A stretch of 63,218 nt of DNA, taken from positions 1-63,218 of IMG/VR virus record IMGVR_UViG_3300010354_000088; one strand, 5' to 3'. Position numbers and translations under genes: made by a program. The stretch comes from a virus (lineage: Duplodnaviria > Caudoviricetes). The notes beneath the pieces were generated by a model. That model was not told the DNA's origin and ran no database searches. It saw only the letters and a program-made list of their open reading frames with translations. Positions 61,834-63,218 of this stretch are shown here, piece by piece. The stretch's first letter is position 1; each line of letters begins with the position of its first letter.

Positions 61834-62433
61834 ATGCCATACGACAAAGAAAAAAAGATGATTTACACTAAATTAGTTGGTGTAACAGGAGCCAATTACA
61901 ATCCTGCAAGTGATAATGATGTCTATTCTATTTATAACCCTGATAAATCGGAAGATCCATTACCAGTTTCATTTACATATAAAAATGATGTTTCTTTAGG
62001 ATTAAAGCCCAAAGAAATGCTTAGTGCTAATTATCAAAAAATAAATTCATTGATAATGCATGTGAATAGATGCAGTATAGACGAAGTTAAAAATGAGTCT
62101 ATTAAAAAGATGTCTTATTTGCTTAATTCATTTTTCAAAAGACAAATGGTGATTAACTACATTTATAATCATCCGGATCGTGTCATAAGATTCTATAGAA
62201 TGCATAATAAGATTTATGTAAGATTTAGTATTTATGACGACATCAATTTTAACGAAACAACTGAATGGTGTGTTAATTATCATATCGGTGAAATTGAAAT
62301 TCAAAAGTATCAGGATATTCTTGACACAAACATCACTGGTATTACAAGCTTTTCAGTTACAGGCGTTGAAAAAAGAATGAAAGACTCAAAAATAAATCTT
62401 GGTCTTAATATTGGCATTAAAATATATGAATAA
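61834..62433 (+). CDS. Hypothetical protein, possibly HIRAN-like
   Basis: IYTKLVGVTG at the N-terminus and VTG...LGLNIGI at the C-terminus resemble HIRAN terminal strands. Confidence 0.45.
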   Translation: MPYDKEKKMIYTKLVGVTGANYNPASDNDVYSIYNPDKSEDPLPVSFTYKNDVSLGLKPKEMLSANYQKINSLIMHVNRCSIDEVKNESIKKMSYLLNSFFKRQMVINYIYNHPDRVIRFYRMHNKIYVRFSIYDDINFNETTEWCVNYHIGEIEIQKYQDILDTNITGITSFSVTGVEKRMKDSKINLGLNIGIKIYE

Positions 62434-62469
62434 ATAACTTATGAGCAAACAATTTAATACTTTATCAAA

Positions 62470-62682
62470 ATGAGTGATTTTAAAACTCGCCTTATTGAAG
62501 AAAAGGCACAATTACAGGAAAAAACTGAAAAGTTAGAGGCTTTCCTAAGCAAATCAGAACCGTTAGAAATTGCAGAAGTGCAAGAAACGCTTTTGAAAAT
62601 TCAGTTAAATGCAATGAAAACTTATAATCAATGTTTGGCTGAACGCTTGCATTGGTTGGATAACGGTTTGGCTATGTGCTGA
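62470..62682 (+). CDS. Small helical phage protein (crAss001_48-like)
   Basis: RLIEEKAQL.EK..KL..FL...LLKIQL.AM.TY...L.ERL pattern. Confidence 0.65.
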   Translation: MSDFKTRLIEEKAQLQEKTEKLEAFLSKSEPLEIAEVQETLLKIQLNAMKTYNQCLAERLHWLDNGLAMC

Positions 62683-62724
62683 ACGTAGAGTAACGGAGTT
62701 TTGCATATAGCTTGTGTTATATGC
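62658..62724 (+). other. attC-like site 1
   Basis: TAAC (62661)...GGCTATGTGC/GCATATAGCT inverted repeat...GTTATATGC (62716-62724). Confidence 0.6.
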
Positions 62725-62753
62725 TTTTTATTAATCAAATAAATTTTATAAAA

Positions 62754-63020
62754 ATGGAATACATAACAATTTTAGAATCAGAAAATAACGAGTGTCCAAA
62801 TGTAGGTACAGTAACGCTTGAAGACGTTAACAACAAATTCAAAAAAGCGATTGAATCTCATTTTGATGCAGAATTAATTTCCTTTTCATTTGTTGATGAA
62901 CAAATAGAAACTTTAGGCGATTGCATAAACGCTTCACCAATAGATGTATTAGTGAAATTAGACGTTGATGGGGATATAAGTGAATATAAAGTTGAGTTAT
63001 CTCAAACTTGGGTGTACTAA
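62754..63020 (+). CDS. Acidic hypothetical protein carried in a putative gene cassette
   Basis: Start MEYITILES; the stop lies 2 nt before the second attC-like site. Confidence 0.65.
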   Translation: MEYITILESENNECPNVGTVTLEDVNNKFKKAIESHFDAELISFSFVDEQIETLGDCINASPIDVLVKLDVDGDISEYKVELSQTWVY

Positions 63021-63022
63021 TT

Positions 63023-63120
63023 GCATATAACGTTTTGCGTATATACGAGGTACGCCAAACGATAAATTTCAAATTATAAACAAATGCTTGTAGGTGTATC
63101 TTGTATATACGCTGTTAGCG
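63023..63120 (+). other. attC-like site 2
   Basis: GCATATAAC...GCGTATATACGAGGTACGCC / GGTGTATCTTGTATATACGC (20 bp, 3 G-T pairs)...GTTAGCG. Confidence 0.7.
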
Positions 63121-63131
63121 GATAGTTAAAA

Positions 63132-63218
63132 ATGAAAATACACACATTAAAATCAAGAACAGTTTGCCATAACAGCGAGAAATTTCTGATAATGGTAGGA
63201 CACAGACATTGGAACTTA
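63132..63218 (+). CDS. Partial ORF, possibly the next cassette gene
   Basis: ATG shortly after GTTAGCG; MKIHTLKSRTVCHNSEKF... stays open to the edge. Confidence 0.4.
   Translation, partial: MKIHTLKSRTVCHNSEKFLIMVGHRHWNL

Noticed and set aside
62658-63120. CRISPR array or simple terminators
   Set aside because: There are no identical direct repeats with spacers, and the hairpins lack a compact GC stem plus U tract while sharing TAAC/GTTA boundaries.
1-63218. Stop-codon reassignment (TAG or TGA), as in some crAss-like phages
   Set aside because: Long genes are intact under the standard code. TAG ends genes at 37255, 39149 and 52758 with tight downstream spacing, and TGA ends TerL and portal.

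Overview
The window is about 63 kb of an AT-rich phage genome with the gene order of a crAss-like (Crassvirales-type) phage; a Bacteroidota host is inferred from TAnnTTTG promoter motifs. Bases 1-54465 form one minus-strand virion/packaging module. In transcription order it holds a RusA-like resolvase, TerL, portal, scaffold, major capsid, ring/tail-tube and muzzle proteins, a ferritin, putative cargo proteins, a 6690-aa virion RNA polymerase polyprotein, Cys-rich structural proteins, an amidase endolysin and tail fibres. After a divergent, C-tract-rich intergenic region (~54466-54659), small plus-strand genes follow. The features least explained by the ORF track are: (1) two attC-like hairpin sites at the right end, with the complementary-end signature of an integron-type gene cassette; (2) a twister-like ribozyme directly abutting a non-canonical tRNA-like element at 55341-55552; (3) fusion of SF1 helicase, RNAP and zincin domains in one giant ORF; (4) G-quadruplex-type tracts over the divergent promoter. 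All family assignments come from motif recognition and synteny by eye; no searches were run.
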